The notes beneath the pieces were generated by a model. That model was not told the DNA's origin. It saw nothing but the letters and a program-made list of their open reading frames with translations, and did no database searches. Made by a program: the position numbers and the translations under genes. Below, in pieces: positions 51,529 to 63,833 of a DNA stretch of 64,000 nucleotides. The stretch spans positions 7,832,343-7,896,342 of the forward strand of contig CM082597.2 in assembly GCA_040954595.2 (NCBI GenBank), in the 5' to 3' direction. Position 1 is the first letter of the stretch, and every line of letters starts with the position of its first letter. Origin of the DNA: Balanoglossus misakiensis (taxonomy: Eukaryota > Animalia > Hemichordata).

Positions 51529-54214
51529 TTACTCTAAAGGTACAATGGACTCAGACAGGTTTGTTAGGGCACAGCATATAACTCCAATTTTGTCAATGAG
51601 GCTCAATGACTTCCCCTTTTTTTTAACCAAATACTCAATTGGCAATGCTCTGCTCTGCATGACCTGATACTTTCTACGAACTAACCCAATCACTCTTTCT
51701 ACATGTATGCGAACACTTGCTATTTTTCTTGTTTTTTCAACCTCATATGGGGATAATTGTTTCTTTCCTCTTGTGAAAGCAGGGATTTGCAGTGAAGCGC
51801 AATAAAATCCAACACTGTCTTCAATGGTGAATCCACGGTCTGCAAGTACAATATCACCAGGCAAAAGATTGTTTAAAATTCCACTTTTTTCAGTTATTTC
51901 TTTATCACTAGCCCTACCACCCCAAGCCTCAGATATATATGTAACAAGTCCATTTGGAGCAATGCCAATGAGAAATTTAACAGTATTGTGGTGCTTATAA
52001 TTTGACCAGGTTTGAGCTCTTGCTAACAAATTTGATGGCCGCTCAACAAACACTTCAAAACAATCAATTATTACTGAAACTTTGTTTCCAAATGATTTCC
52101 TAAAATCCATGGGCATTGTAGCTCTAAGCATATCCCTATCTGGCCACTCAATTAGAAATTTCAACCTGAAATACAAGACATCAATCCATTTGTTCCATAT
52201 CCTTGATGCAGTCATCAAGGATATGCCAAACCTGAAGGCTAAATCTTGCAGAGAGAGATTTAAACGGAGACGCATAAAAACTAAAATCATTTGTTCAAAC
52301 TTCCCCAAAACAGATCGATGTGTATGATTTATGTAAGATTCACATAAACTGAAAATCTGCATCAAAACTAAAAAGTTTGGAATGCCAGTGTAGAATTTTG
52401 TCTTTTCATCATTTGCCTGAAATGAACTTTGATTCAACTGTGTGTCCAAAACTTTGGCCCTAAGATTATAAAGTTCAGAGTTCACTCTCATAAAATCTTC
52501 TTCCATCATATCAAGATGGCAACCAGTCAGGTCAGTTTGACATTCTGCGTGCACCATGTGGGAAGCTGCATGGTCTGTAAGAAAGAATTATATTCAAAAT
52601 ATATAGTGTAAGTAAATGGACTATCTTAAAATAGAAAATGTCACAAAATGTGCATAAATTATTACAACATAAATTATTGCTTTACTTGAAGCCAAACATG
52701 AACATGTATGTATGTCTATTCAGAGTTGAAAATAACTACCTTTATTAATCACTGGGGAGTCAACTTGGGTTTGAAGACTGCATTCCAATCTCAATTTCTT
52801 GTGAAAATGAAGCAATGCCTCTGCACCTTCCAAATGCTGTCTCTTCGCAACACGATTTTCTCTGTTCAGAAGACTTAGTGGTTTGCGTAGAATCTTCTGA
52901 CCTCCGAGATTGACAGTAGGGACCCAATCCACATCCTCATCTTCAAATAATTTACTCGGATAACCTGCCATACAATGATAAATCATATGTGTGGGCATGA
53001 TTGACAAACTTCATGGTTCATAAAAAAACAAAACAAGTACAATGTATATAGCATAGAGGTCTTCCTTCCTGTTTGTATTGTGTATGTTTGTTTATTGTTA
53101 TTGATATAATAAACAATAAATATGTTTGTTTACAAATATGGTCACATAAACGTAACCCTATTAAACTGTTGAATACACCCTAACCCTAACATGTCAATAA
53201 ACAAACGTGACCATATTTGAAAATAAATAAATAAATAAACAAACAAACAAACAAACAAACATTAATCAATCAATAACAACAAACTTACACACTACAAACA
53301 CAGAGGAAGAGCTCCCCATACAACCAAATAGTTATACAAAATGGAGCAGGGTCTATCAGCCTACATCAAGGCTCAGACATTTATCTCCGACCTGAGATGT
53401 GCTAGGCACTTTAATATGACAAAATCTACTAGCCTGCGTACAGGTTTATGTGTTACTAGTAACCGTGGCTGGGATAAACTCGCGTCGATCTCCATGGATA
53501 AACACAAAAGACAGTCACTCAACTGTGCAGAAAAAAGGACAAAACTTAGGAAGCGATCGGTTTATGAAACCTTTTGTTTCAGAAACTTCAGTGATAAACG
53601 TATGCGAGGGCTAAATCAAGTCAACGCAACGTACAATGATGTAAACAAACAGTGACCTCGCGCTACGGTCATAATCATGTCCGTTACTGTACAAAGTTGC
53701 CAAAACATTGCTACATGTTAAAGTTTATGAAACCTTTTGTTTCAGAAACTTCAGTGATAAACGTATGCGAGGGCTAAATCAAGTCAACGCAACGTACAAT
53801 GATGTAAACAAACAGTGACCTCGCGCTACGGTCATAATCATGTCCGTTACTGTACAAAGTTGCCAAAACATTGCTACATGTTAAAGTTTATGAAACGTAT
53901 CCGTACATCAATCACACAACGTAATGGCTCATGCTGTTGAACCGCATTTTTAAAACATTGGTACAGATGAGATTAGATGTCTACATACCTTTTATGAAAT
54001 GATCACTACATACACGAGCGTGAAGAGATTCCGCCCCTTTCGTACCAGATTCAGACAGGTTTGCAAGCCATTCTTCACGCCGCTGTCTACTCAACTTTCT
54101 CGCTTTTTCACCCTTGTGCACAACTTCCTTTGGTACTCTAAAAAATCTCTTTTTGACTTCTCTGAGACTATTAGACCGATTTGTACAGCCAGGCACGTAA
54201 CATGTATCAGGCAT
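51529..54214 (-). CDS. ISL2EU transposase: THAP, coiled coil, HTH, DDE_Tnp_4; 3 exons
   Basis: Exons 54214-53989, 52964-52740, 52574-51529 (phase 1 throughout); CYVPGC..FFRVP..W..RVCSDHF..DWVPT; [44 protein letters not shown]. Confidence 0.92.
53560..53896 (+). repeat. Perfect 163-bp tandem duplication in transposase intron 1
   Basis: gtttatgaaac at 53560, 53723 and 53886. Confidence 0.9.
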
Positions 54215-54936
54215 GGTGCCTCATCGATATCAGCCTCATGGAGTTTCGTCTGCACAGTCTTCGCCTCATCAACAGTTGTCGTCTGCTGCACACTGCACGC
54301 GCGCCACGCCGATTTGCCCGTCATCTGGAAAATTTGAATACCCACGTGCCCGATTTGCCCGTCATCTGGAAAATTTGAATACCCGTCTGAGCGCGTCTGA
54401 CGTCATTTGATAGTAAAGAATATTAAAATTCTGTTACCATAACGACGGATAGCAGATTTTGCGAAAATCACAAAAATAAGAATCCTGCTATATCTTTGCT
54501 ACCAATTAAGCTTTAGATAAAATTTAAACACTCAAACTTATAATGTCGGGTGCGAGCTTTTCATTGCTAACTTGAACTTTGGGGTTCAAGGTCAAGGTCA
54601 TCCTCAAATTTCAGGTCAAAGTGACAAAATGGACATTATGGACTTTTGTTCAAAATGACATTTTACGGCGAGCGTTTACTAAACACTGTTTGGGTCTAGA
54701 ATGCTATAATTTGATCTCCAGATACAGATGTGTATTGTTTACAAAGATTCTAATTTGTTTTGCTGTTTACATATACTTAATATGCAAAACCAGCTGTTAT
54801 AATAACAACAAAATGAATGGTAGGAATAGCAAGAGTACTCATACAGTTAAAATGAGATATTTCAGGTTCTGAGAAAGCTAGAGAAAAAAATTAAACATTC
54901 AGTTTTATAAAGTAGGGTACGGGCTATCCAATGATT

Positions 54937-55150
54937 ACATTCTCACATGCTGCACCGAAACTGTGGAACTCTCTGCCACAAGACATTCGTCAAGCTCCAA
55001 GTTTGAGTATCTTTAAGAAAAGACTGAAGACGCATTATTTCGCAAGAGCATATGGTGTGGGCCAATGAGCACAAGCGCCTTTGAGTATGACACTTGTTAT
55101 AGATACTGGCGCTATACAAATTTCTCTGATTGATTTCTCTGATTGATTGT
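54937..55150 (+). mobile_element. L2/CR1-group LINE 3' end
   Basis: FSHAAPKLWNSLPQDIRQAPSLSIFKKRLKTHYF...; 3' agcgcctttgag...ggcgctatacaaat; (ttctctgattgat) tail. Confidence 0.8.
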
Positions 55151-56000
55151 ATTAACAGCAGGTAATCAAAGATAAACCGTCTTCTTCATTTTTGTCATGT
55201 TTTTACATTGCTGCAAGTCATACTATGATAGAAGCACTAACACGGTTTGTCAGGTTCTTCTTGTATAATTAGTTGCTCAGAAAAAAACCCCAGCCATTTC
55301 TTTTGATATAGTAATGTTGATAGTTGCTTAAATGAGGGTCGGAAAGATCAAATGGGTCGACAAATGCTCCACCTTGTAATTCTTAAAGCTTTGCCACATC
55401 AGTATTCCATCTCTTAATGACTGCTTTTCCATATCGGATCTTATTTTGTTTACCAATACTGCATATTTATTTGTGAAATGTATCAGAGAACTTTGCAGTA
55501 ATCGGTCCACCCAAAACCACTTTTCAAGTGCTAAACCTCTCATCTTTAATCCCATGACACCACCAGCACCCTTTAGTGAATCGTCAGATAAGTTTGCCAT
55601 GAAATCCCCTTCATTTAATGACTCTTGTACACTTTCGGGTATTATATGCATCACCAGAATAAGTACTGACATGTATCTTGCATAGTCCGTTTCGATTGGC
55701 ACAAAACAACAGAGGTAATAATAGCTGATTCTTAGCAGTTTGGCAAATATCTCAATCACCATTTCTTAATGTACTTACATTTCTACCGGTGGGTAGAGTT
55801 TTAATGGCAGCAATACTCTACACAAAGTCATACCAAAAGTTAAAAGTTACTCCTCTCTTGTCTAAACTCAGCCATAAGCGGGAAATGATGTTCAATGATG
55901 TGTTCCACAAAATTGTGAACTATTTCCAAAAGTTCATTAGCAGGCTGGGAAGTCAAAAGATCACAATCCATCTCAGGCATTGACTGTGTTCCCTACCTTT
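55150..56000 (-). pseudogene. Degraded Academ-like transposase fragment
   Basis: DYARYMS...P.SVQE.L.EGDF...KGAGGVMGL....LEKW resembles the NYAR/GG.IG motifs I associate with Academ transposases; frameshifted. Confidence 0.55.
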
Positions 56001-56389
56001 ACACCATGATAAAAAGTTGCAGACCCTAGCGCTGGACGTTTCATCAGCAAGATGGAGGCCATGCAATGACAAACAACCGGAAAACATTTTCACATGAGCA
56101 AACGTTTTTTTTTAAAAACGTAGCATTCATTTTGTATGATTATGAATGATTGTGATTTAAAAACATTGCTTTTGAGTATATAATGTGTCTTAAGTGCTTT
56201 ACGCACAATTTCCAAAAAATCTCTGTGCCTAAAACACAGATATTCGATCGGGTTGTCTGGACTATTGCCGCAGTGGCATCATGGGATAACGCATAAATCA
56301 GCATGACTCGCACTCCCACGGTCGCGTTTTTTTATATAATAATATCCAGAAGTAAAAGTGGCATCTTATTTACATATTAATATAAAAAT

Positions 56390-58300
56390 ATACAAAATTA
56401 TAGCATTCTAGATCCCAACAGTGTAGTAAACGCTCGCCGTAAAATGTCATTTTGAACAAAGTCCATAATACCCATTTTGTCACTTTGACCCGAAATTTGA
56501 GGATGACCTTGACCTTGACCCCAAAGTTCAATTTAGCAATCAAAAGCTCGCATCCGACAATATAAGTTTGAGTGTTTAAATTTTATCTAAAGTTTAATTG
56601 GTAGCAAAGATATAGCAAGTTTCTTATTTTGGGGAATTTCGCAAAATCTTCTATCCGTCGTTATGGTTACAGAATTTTAATATAAATTACAACCAAAGAC
56701 GAAAATAGGCCTATTTTACTTAAAGCTAATATTCCTTGCTACCTGATGACCAATTTACAGCCTCCTCGAGCAAACCGTTTTCCAGTAAATCAAACTATGT
56801 ATGATCGATATGCAAAAAATAGCGAAATTTTCACTTTGACCCCAAGTTTTGAAGATGAACTTGACCTACTGAATGTTTAATTTTTTTCGCTAGCTTTCTC
56901 AGAACCTGAAATATCTCATTTTAACTGTATGAGTACTCTTGCTATTCCTACCATTCATTTTGTTGTCATTATAAGAGCTGGTTTTGCATATTAAGTATAT
57001 GTAAACAGCAAAACAAATTAAAATCTTTGTAAACAATACACATCTCTATCTGGAGATCAAATTATAGCATTCTAGACCCAAACAGTGTTTAGTAAACGCT
57101 CGCCGTAAAATGTCATTTTGAACAAAAATCCATAATGTCCATTTTGTCACTTTGACCCGAAATTTGAGGATGACCTTGACCTTGACCCCAAAGTTCAATT
57201 TAGCAATCAAAAGCTCGCACCCGACATTATAAATTTGAGTGTTTAAATTTTATCTAAAGCTTAATTGGTAGCAAAGATATAGCAGGATTCTTATTGTTGT
57301 GATTTTCGCAAAATCTGCTATCCGTCGTTATGGTAACAAAATTTTAATATAACTTAATATCAAAGACGTGAATCAGCTTATTTTTCTTAAAGCTAATATT
57401 CCTTGCTACCTGATGACCAATTTACAGCCTCCTCGAGCAAACCGTTTTCCAGTAAATCAAACTATGTATGATCGATATGCAAAAAATAGCGAAATTTTCA
57501 CTTTGACCCCAAGTTTTGAAGATGAACTTGACCTCTGACCTTGTCGGTCGTGTAATAATTGGATAGCCCGTACCCTACTTTATAATACTGAATGTTTAAA
57601 TTTTTTCGCTAGCTTTCTCAGAACCTGAAATATCTCATTTTAACTGTATGAGTACTCTTGCTATTCCTACCATTCATTTTGTTGTCATTATAAGAGCTGG
57701 TTTTGCATATTAAGTATATGTAAACAGCAAAACAAATTAAAATCTTTGTAAACAATACACATCTCTATCTGGAGATCAAATTATAGCATTCTAGACCCAA
57801 ACTGTGTTTAGTAAACGCTCGCCGTAAAATGTCATTTTGAACAAAAATCCATAATGTCCATTTTGTCACTTTGACCCGAAATTTGAGGATGACCTTGACC
57901 TTGACCCCAAAGTTCAATTTAGCAATCAAAAGCTCGCACCCGACATTATAAATTTGAGTGTTTAAATTTTATCTAAAGCTTAATTGGTAGCAAAGATATA
58001 GCAGGATTCTTATTTTTGTGATTTTCGCAAAATCTGCTATCCGTCGTTATGGTAACAGAATTTTAATATAACTTAATATCAAAGACGTGAATCAGCTTAT
58101 TTTTCTTAAACCTAATGTTCCATGCTACCTGATGACCAATTTACAGCCTCCTCGAGCAAACCGTTTTCCAGTAAATCGAAACTATGTATGATCGATATGC
58201 AAAAAATAGCGCAATTTTTACTTTGACCCCGCGTTTTGAAGATGAACTTGACCTCTGACCTTGTCGGTCATGTAATCATTGGATAGCCCGTAACCTACTT
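56390..58300. repeat. About 719-bp tandem subterminal repeats (about 2.7 units) of the right Academ-like arm
   Basis: attatagcattctaga at about 56397, 57061 and 57780. Confidence 0.88.
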
Positions 58301-61300
58301 TATAAGACCCAATGTTTAAATTTTTTCTCTAGCTTTCTCAGATCCTGAAATATATCATTTTTTAACTGTATGAGTACCCCTAAAATTATGCTATCGTTAC
58401 CATGACAACCGCTCCTCACGGCCACACCCACCATTAATATGAGTGCAAACAACCTGATTCTGACAGCTGGATAAATAGGCTTTCCAAAAATATATGTCTG
58501 CAAAACTCCCCAGGGGGGGGGGGGGAGGGTTTCGGTCTCTGGCCCATGGACTAAAGGGTTGGGTGTGAAAATTGAACAGTGGAAATGTTAACGGGAATGC
58601 AAATTTGTAAATGGGTAGTGGACTGCAGAAAACTGACAATTAATTGTAGTGTGACATAAAACTGTAGTCCCATATCCACACAGTCGAAATGTTCGATTAA
58701 CTTCAGTTCATCTAATTCATGTTAACGGTTGTTTTTATAGTTTGCCTTTTAGGGCTGTCACGGTAAAGTCAGTTATGGAATGTCCTGGTCTGTTGAAATG
58801 TTCACTAACGGGTTTGTGTATATTACCATTCTGTATGTCAAATCTGTGGTTGTTTAAAAAACTTGAATCCTTAGGACAACTTGTAAATATGTGATGACTA
58901 GAATCACTAAGATTTACGATTGTAAAGACATACTGCAGAAGGAATAAAACTATAGGATAAACGATTAGTACTAGCAGATATAGATCTTAACCTTTTTCCT
59001 GATGGTAAAAAATGCAGAAACTCGTTAACAGGATGGTAACAGTCATTAATAATACTGGTGATACGTTTCTCTGTACGTTTTTCAAAGATGGTCTGAATGT
59101 TATCCATCTTCACTCCAATGATGTAAGATGCCGTTTTAACAACACGATTGAGCTTTCAGTAATGACTGTCCAGTTTGACCTATATATACAGCTTGTGGGC
59201 ATTGTTTGCAGGTGATTGTTTAAATGAGGTTGGTTGAGTCACAGGTGAAATATCCTCTTATTCTGTAGGTGTTATCATGGGGTCCAGTGGCCGTGTTGAT
59301 GTGGGGGCACAGTTTGCACCTTGGTTTCTGACAGGGTACATCTCCGTGCGTTTGGTTGGCGGTGTGTAATTTGATGAAGGGGACTACATGTTCCCGAAAG
59401 GTCATGCTGTAGTTTTAACTCGTTGATCACAGAGTGCTACATAACTTTAATTCATATTGTACTGAAGATCAACACGGCAATACTCCTAATTGTTAAACTC
59501 TGATCATGCATACATTGTAAAATCGCAAAGAGCCCATTCCAGGAGGGGAGGCTGAGGGGAGACAAAATGCTGCCTAATTTGGTTAAGTAGTTTATAGAGA
59601 TCTATGAAAACACTTGTACCGTAAGTGTTGTGTATTGTCAAGTAATATAGAAATAATGGAAGACGCTCTGACCATTAACGTTTGTTTATTGGCAAGGGCG
59701 AGAGGAAAGCCAAAAAATCATGGGCGAGTTTTCCGAGCCCATGAATTTTAGCTTTTCTCTAGCCGTCAAAATTTAGAAAATGTCAACACGGAACTTGAGT
59801 TACGCAAAATGTTGTATTCACTGAACTGTTTGCTAATAATACTATTCAGATTTACGGGCATGTAAACAAACCATTACTGAGTATTTGTGGTCAGTGACGT
59901 TGTTTATCTCGACCAATTAAAATGCGATGCACAGGCCATGGTAATATAATATCAAGTGGAGATCATGAGCATTTAATTTTTGATTGCAAATGCAGTCTAT
60001 GTTGTCAGGATCTCACCACAACAGGTGGCACTGAAACACAACCGCCAGCCCATGAAAAATGCTCCACTTGAAGACTCAGCTAGGTTTATCGTTAAAGCAA
60101 GACCTGAACGTTTGCATATGCAAGTTTTAACAAGATAAATAATGAGGCTTTGCCGAAAAGGAATATGGCTGCCGCCGTGGAAAAATACCAGAAAATGTTG
60201 CATTTCCGACTATGGAACTTCATAAAAAAAGCATAATCTCATCTACTATAGATCTCATGGAAATTAATGTATTCCACTGAGACATACCCGGTATTATTAT
60301 ACATCTAGTGCCGAAAACAATAGATTTTGGCGTGCAATAAAAAGCCGTACGGAACGGTACGTACGGAACGCGCGTTAAATAAGTTTTAGGTTTCAAGGCG
60401 CCCCAACTCACCGTGTACAGGTATGCGTTGTTATGCGGACGGTTTCAAGGCGCCCCCACTCCAACGCACGTGCGCACACGTAAACAAAAAAGAAAGATGG
60501 CTGCTCACTGAGTCAACTGAACGGTTTTCGATCGATTGTATCGGCATTTTGGGCGTTTTGAAAGCCAAGTAACATGCACAACAAGAACTAACGGAGATGT
60601 AAGATGTATAATAATAAGGTTATTACGAAAATACCGCAAAGTATGCACTCGGACATTAGCGCAGCGCATAGCCCTCCGCTGCGCGTCGGGCGATACTCAG
60701 CGCTAATGTCCTCGTGCATACTTTGCGGTATTTTCGTAATAACCTCATATTATTATACATCTGGCACCGAAAACAATAGAATTGAGCGTGCAATAAAAAG
60801 CCGTATGGAACGGTACGTACGGCACACGCGTTAAATACGCCTTAAGTTTCAAGGCTCCCCAACTCACTGTGTACAGGTATACGCTGTTGTGCGGACGGTT
60901 TCAAGACACCCCACTCGAACGCACGTAAACAAAAAAGAAAGATGGCTGCTCACTGAGTCAACTGAGCAGTTTTCGATCGATTGTATCGGCATTTGGGTCG
61001 TTTTGAAAGCCAAGTAACATGCAACACGAGAACTAACGGAGATGTAAGATGTATAATAATAAGGTTTTTACGAAAATACCGCAAAGTATGCACTCGGACA
61101 TTAGCGCAGCGCATCGCCCTCTGCTGCGCGTCGGGCGATAATGCGCACTAATGTCCTCCTGCATACTTTGCGGTATTTTCGTAATAACCTCATAACATTT
61201 TCATTTTTCAGTGGAATATTGCACTCTTTAAAAATTTCAGGAATTTTTGACTCTACTCATATTTCTTCAATTTTTGGGGCATTTTGTCATAAGTGTTGAT

Positions 61301-61721
61301 TTAGATATAATATCACACAATATCACTTGATTGACAGAATTAAAAGCACATCAGATTATTTAAAGCTTAAATTTTTAGCCAGTTGCAGCTCGTGGCTTTA
61401 ATGCACGTATCATGATTTGTATCACTAATGTAAGTGAATGTGTTTAAGAACAACAACAATCATATTTTTTTAATCTATATTCAGCATGCAATGTTTAAAA
61501 TGACCATTGATATGCACTCTTGAATAACTACTAGTAAAATTCCCCTAATTAAAATATGCTCTTGAGGCAAGTATGAGTGGTAAATTTATGTAAAATATGT
61601 TTAACTGCATTACTATGGCATACAAGATTTTCTTGCAAAACACATCGGGTAAGAAAGAGATATTTGTCATGCCACAATTTTCTCATCATGTTAATCCATC
61701 ATTTATCTGTAAAACCCACAG

Positions 61722-61949
61722 AACCTGCTTGTGTTAAGGAGGACGGTATCAACAGACGTGGCAATGATATAAACAACGGACAAGAAAATCTCAAAGATAC
61801 TGCTGATGAGTGTTGTGAGGATTGCAAGAGTAACAGTCTGTGTCTTGCGTGGACTTACAACCCGGACACCAAATGGTGCTTCCTTAAGAATCCAGTCCCT
61901 AAGAAGTACTCGAGCTCACATACAGTATCAGGAGTTATTGTAAGAGAGG
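61722..61949 (+). CDS. PAN/apple domain exon, variant 2 (phase 1-1)
   Basis: EPACVKEDGINRRGNDINNGQENLKDTADECCEDCKSNSLCLAWTYNPDTKWCFLKNPVPKKYSSSHTVSGVIVREG; intact splice sites. Confidence 0.88.
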
Positions 61950-63547
61950 GTAAGTATTCGCTCATCATATTCATCAACGTTCATTGTGATTGCAATTGTT
62001 TGCTCTAATGTATCATGTGCAAATACTCCAAATGTCTCAGATGAAATACTGGCATAAATTATTATGTTTGAATGGTTTATGTGGTCCTGAATCGTCTAAG
62101 ATTATAGAACAGCTTGACCAGGTTCACAAGGTGTAAAATTTGAGACACTATTAAAAGCAGATCTGAGATTATTTAAAGCTTACATTTTTAGCCAGTTGTA
62201 GCTCATGTGGCTTTAATGCGTCTATCATGATTTGTATCACTAATGTACGTGAATGTGTTAAAGAACACCAATCATCATATATCACTTTCCCCGATCCCTA
62301 TATATGGAAGTGCTCATTAATATTTAATTATGAAAGCGCCCTCGAGGTCAGACAAGTTTTTGACCAATCAGAAAGCAGCTATTACGCTCGTAGTGTTCAA
62401 GTACTTTGTCTTTTCATGCTTTTGTTCCGGGTTTTATATACCCCATGTTTCTCACTCTGTAAAACGAAATTCTGTCGGCTAAAAAACTTGCCCGCTGGTA
62501 TATCGATTCTTTGACCCCGAAGCAACAAGTTTACCATTGCGACTGGATTTTCACCGTTGCTTTGAGGTTTGAGGCCGTCGTGAATCACGGCGTGGCCATG
62601 GGTCCAGCCAAGCACGAAGACATTTCTCCAGGAATCACATCAGGTAGTGATACCTCAAAATGGGGACTTTTGGCGTCAATTTTGTTAGTCATTGCGGTGA
62701 TAGGCGTCGGACATCGGAACATGGGTGGACGATATACACACAAGTGCGCCAATCCGTACCATGAAGCATGGACAGGGCATATGCGCTTAATGCACAGATA
62801 TGTTTTTGGAAGGAAGGAAAGGTCATTAAGCCATGCAAACCAGGTACTGATCGATCAAGTGTCAATGATGTCGACATCACACTGAATAAACCCAATTGAC
62901 GAACTATATAAACCAATGTAAAATATCGACGAGAATTTTATGAAGTACAAGCTTTTCCGTGTCTCCTCCGTTGTACATGCGTTCTTCTTGTATACATCGA
63001 TCGTACACAGTTTTGCTTCATGTCCATGACGTTGATCTGGACTACTACATGTGTAACGACACAGAAGGTCGGGTGCCGCTCCGTGTGTGAAAACTTCGCT
63101 TGTTATTGACAGCTAACATTTATCTAAAATTGCCAATGAGGGCTTGATCAAAGACAATAAAATAACAATGAAAACCGCTTTCCTGAATATCAGCAATCAG
63201 ATCAGAAAGACGGAGAAGAAACAGTGCACAAACACATTAAAACGTCGCGCGGCACTTGCAGTTGACTTCAGGTCATCTGACTACTCTTTAATATGCGCAC
63301 GCATTTGATTGGTCACTTCAGTAAACTTTCAGCACCTTTGACCCTATATGAATATTAATGAGCACTTCCATATATAGGGATCGGGGAGAGTGTATATTGC
63401 AATCTGTATTCAGCATGCAATGTTTAAAATAGCCTTTGATACGCACTCTGGAAAAACTAGTAAAGGCCCGCTTAATGAGTGGTAATGCATTATTTCTTTT
63501 CTAACAGTTTTAGTTTATTTCTTTGCTAACTAGATCCTCTTTTACAG

Positions 63548-63787
63548 ACATAGAAGATCCTATCATATCCTGTCCAGAAAGCATAGAAGCAACAACAACC
63601 CTTATGGACTCCACTGCAGTCGTCACCTGGCAACCCCCAGATGCATCTGATAATTCTGGGGATGTTTCTGTATCTGCAAGCCATGAGCCTGGAAGTAATT
63701 TTAACATTGGTGTGACTGTTGTGCGGTATATAGCTCGAGACCCTACAGGAAATAATGCTTCATGTTCATTCAGTGTGACAGTAACAG
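63548..63787 (+). CDS. HYR domain exon, copy 2
   Basis: Identical to 35239-35478. Confidence 0.9.
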
Positions 63788-63833
63788 GTAAATATCCTAC
63801 CCAAGACTTACATGTTAATGTTCACTAAATCCA

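Larger units (their letters stand above)
47555..54419. mobile_element. Apparently intact autonomous ISL2EU (PHIS group) transposon, 6865 bp
   Basis: 13-bp TIR TCTTTACTATCAA; AT TSD confirmed against the empty site in the paralogous arm (aagttATattaaaa, reverse strand at about 58061-58074); subterminal TTCCAGATGACGGGCAA repeats; convergent transposase and YqaJ genes. Confidence 0.9.
47072..58553. mobile_element. Defective Academ-like DNA transposon with about 1-kb TIRs built from about 719-bp subrepeats
   Basis: TAGTCCATGGGCCAGAGACCGAAACCCTC at 47072 and its inverse ending GGCCCATGGACTA at 58553; left arm 47072-47554 plus 54422-54940 mirrors about 57550-58553; internal transposase remnant. 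Confidence 0.75.

Noticed and set aside
33419-61949. DGR-like adenine-specific mutagenesis of the PAN exon (several AAC vs TAC/GAC codon pairs, with RTs nearby)
   Set aside because: Only about 12 of 34 differences have A in copy 2 and about 6 have A in copy 1. Many changes do not involve A, there is an indel, and the nearby RTs are ordinary Gypsy and Ngaro enzymes.
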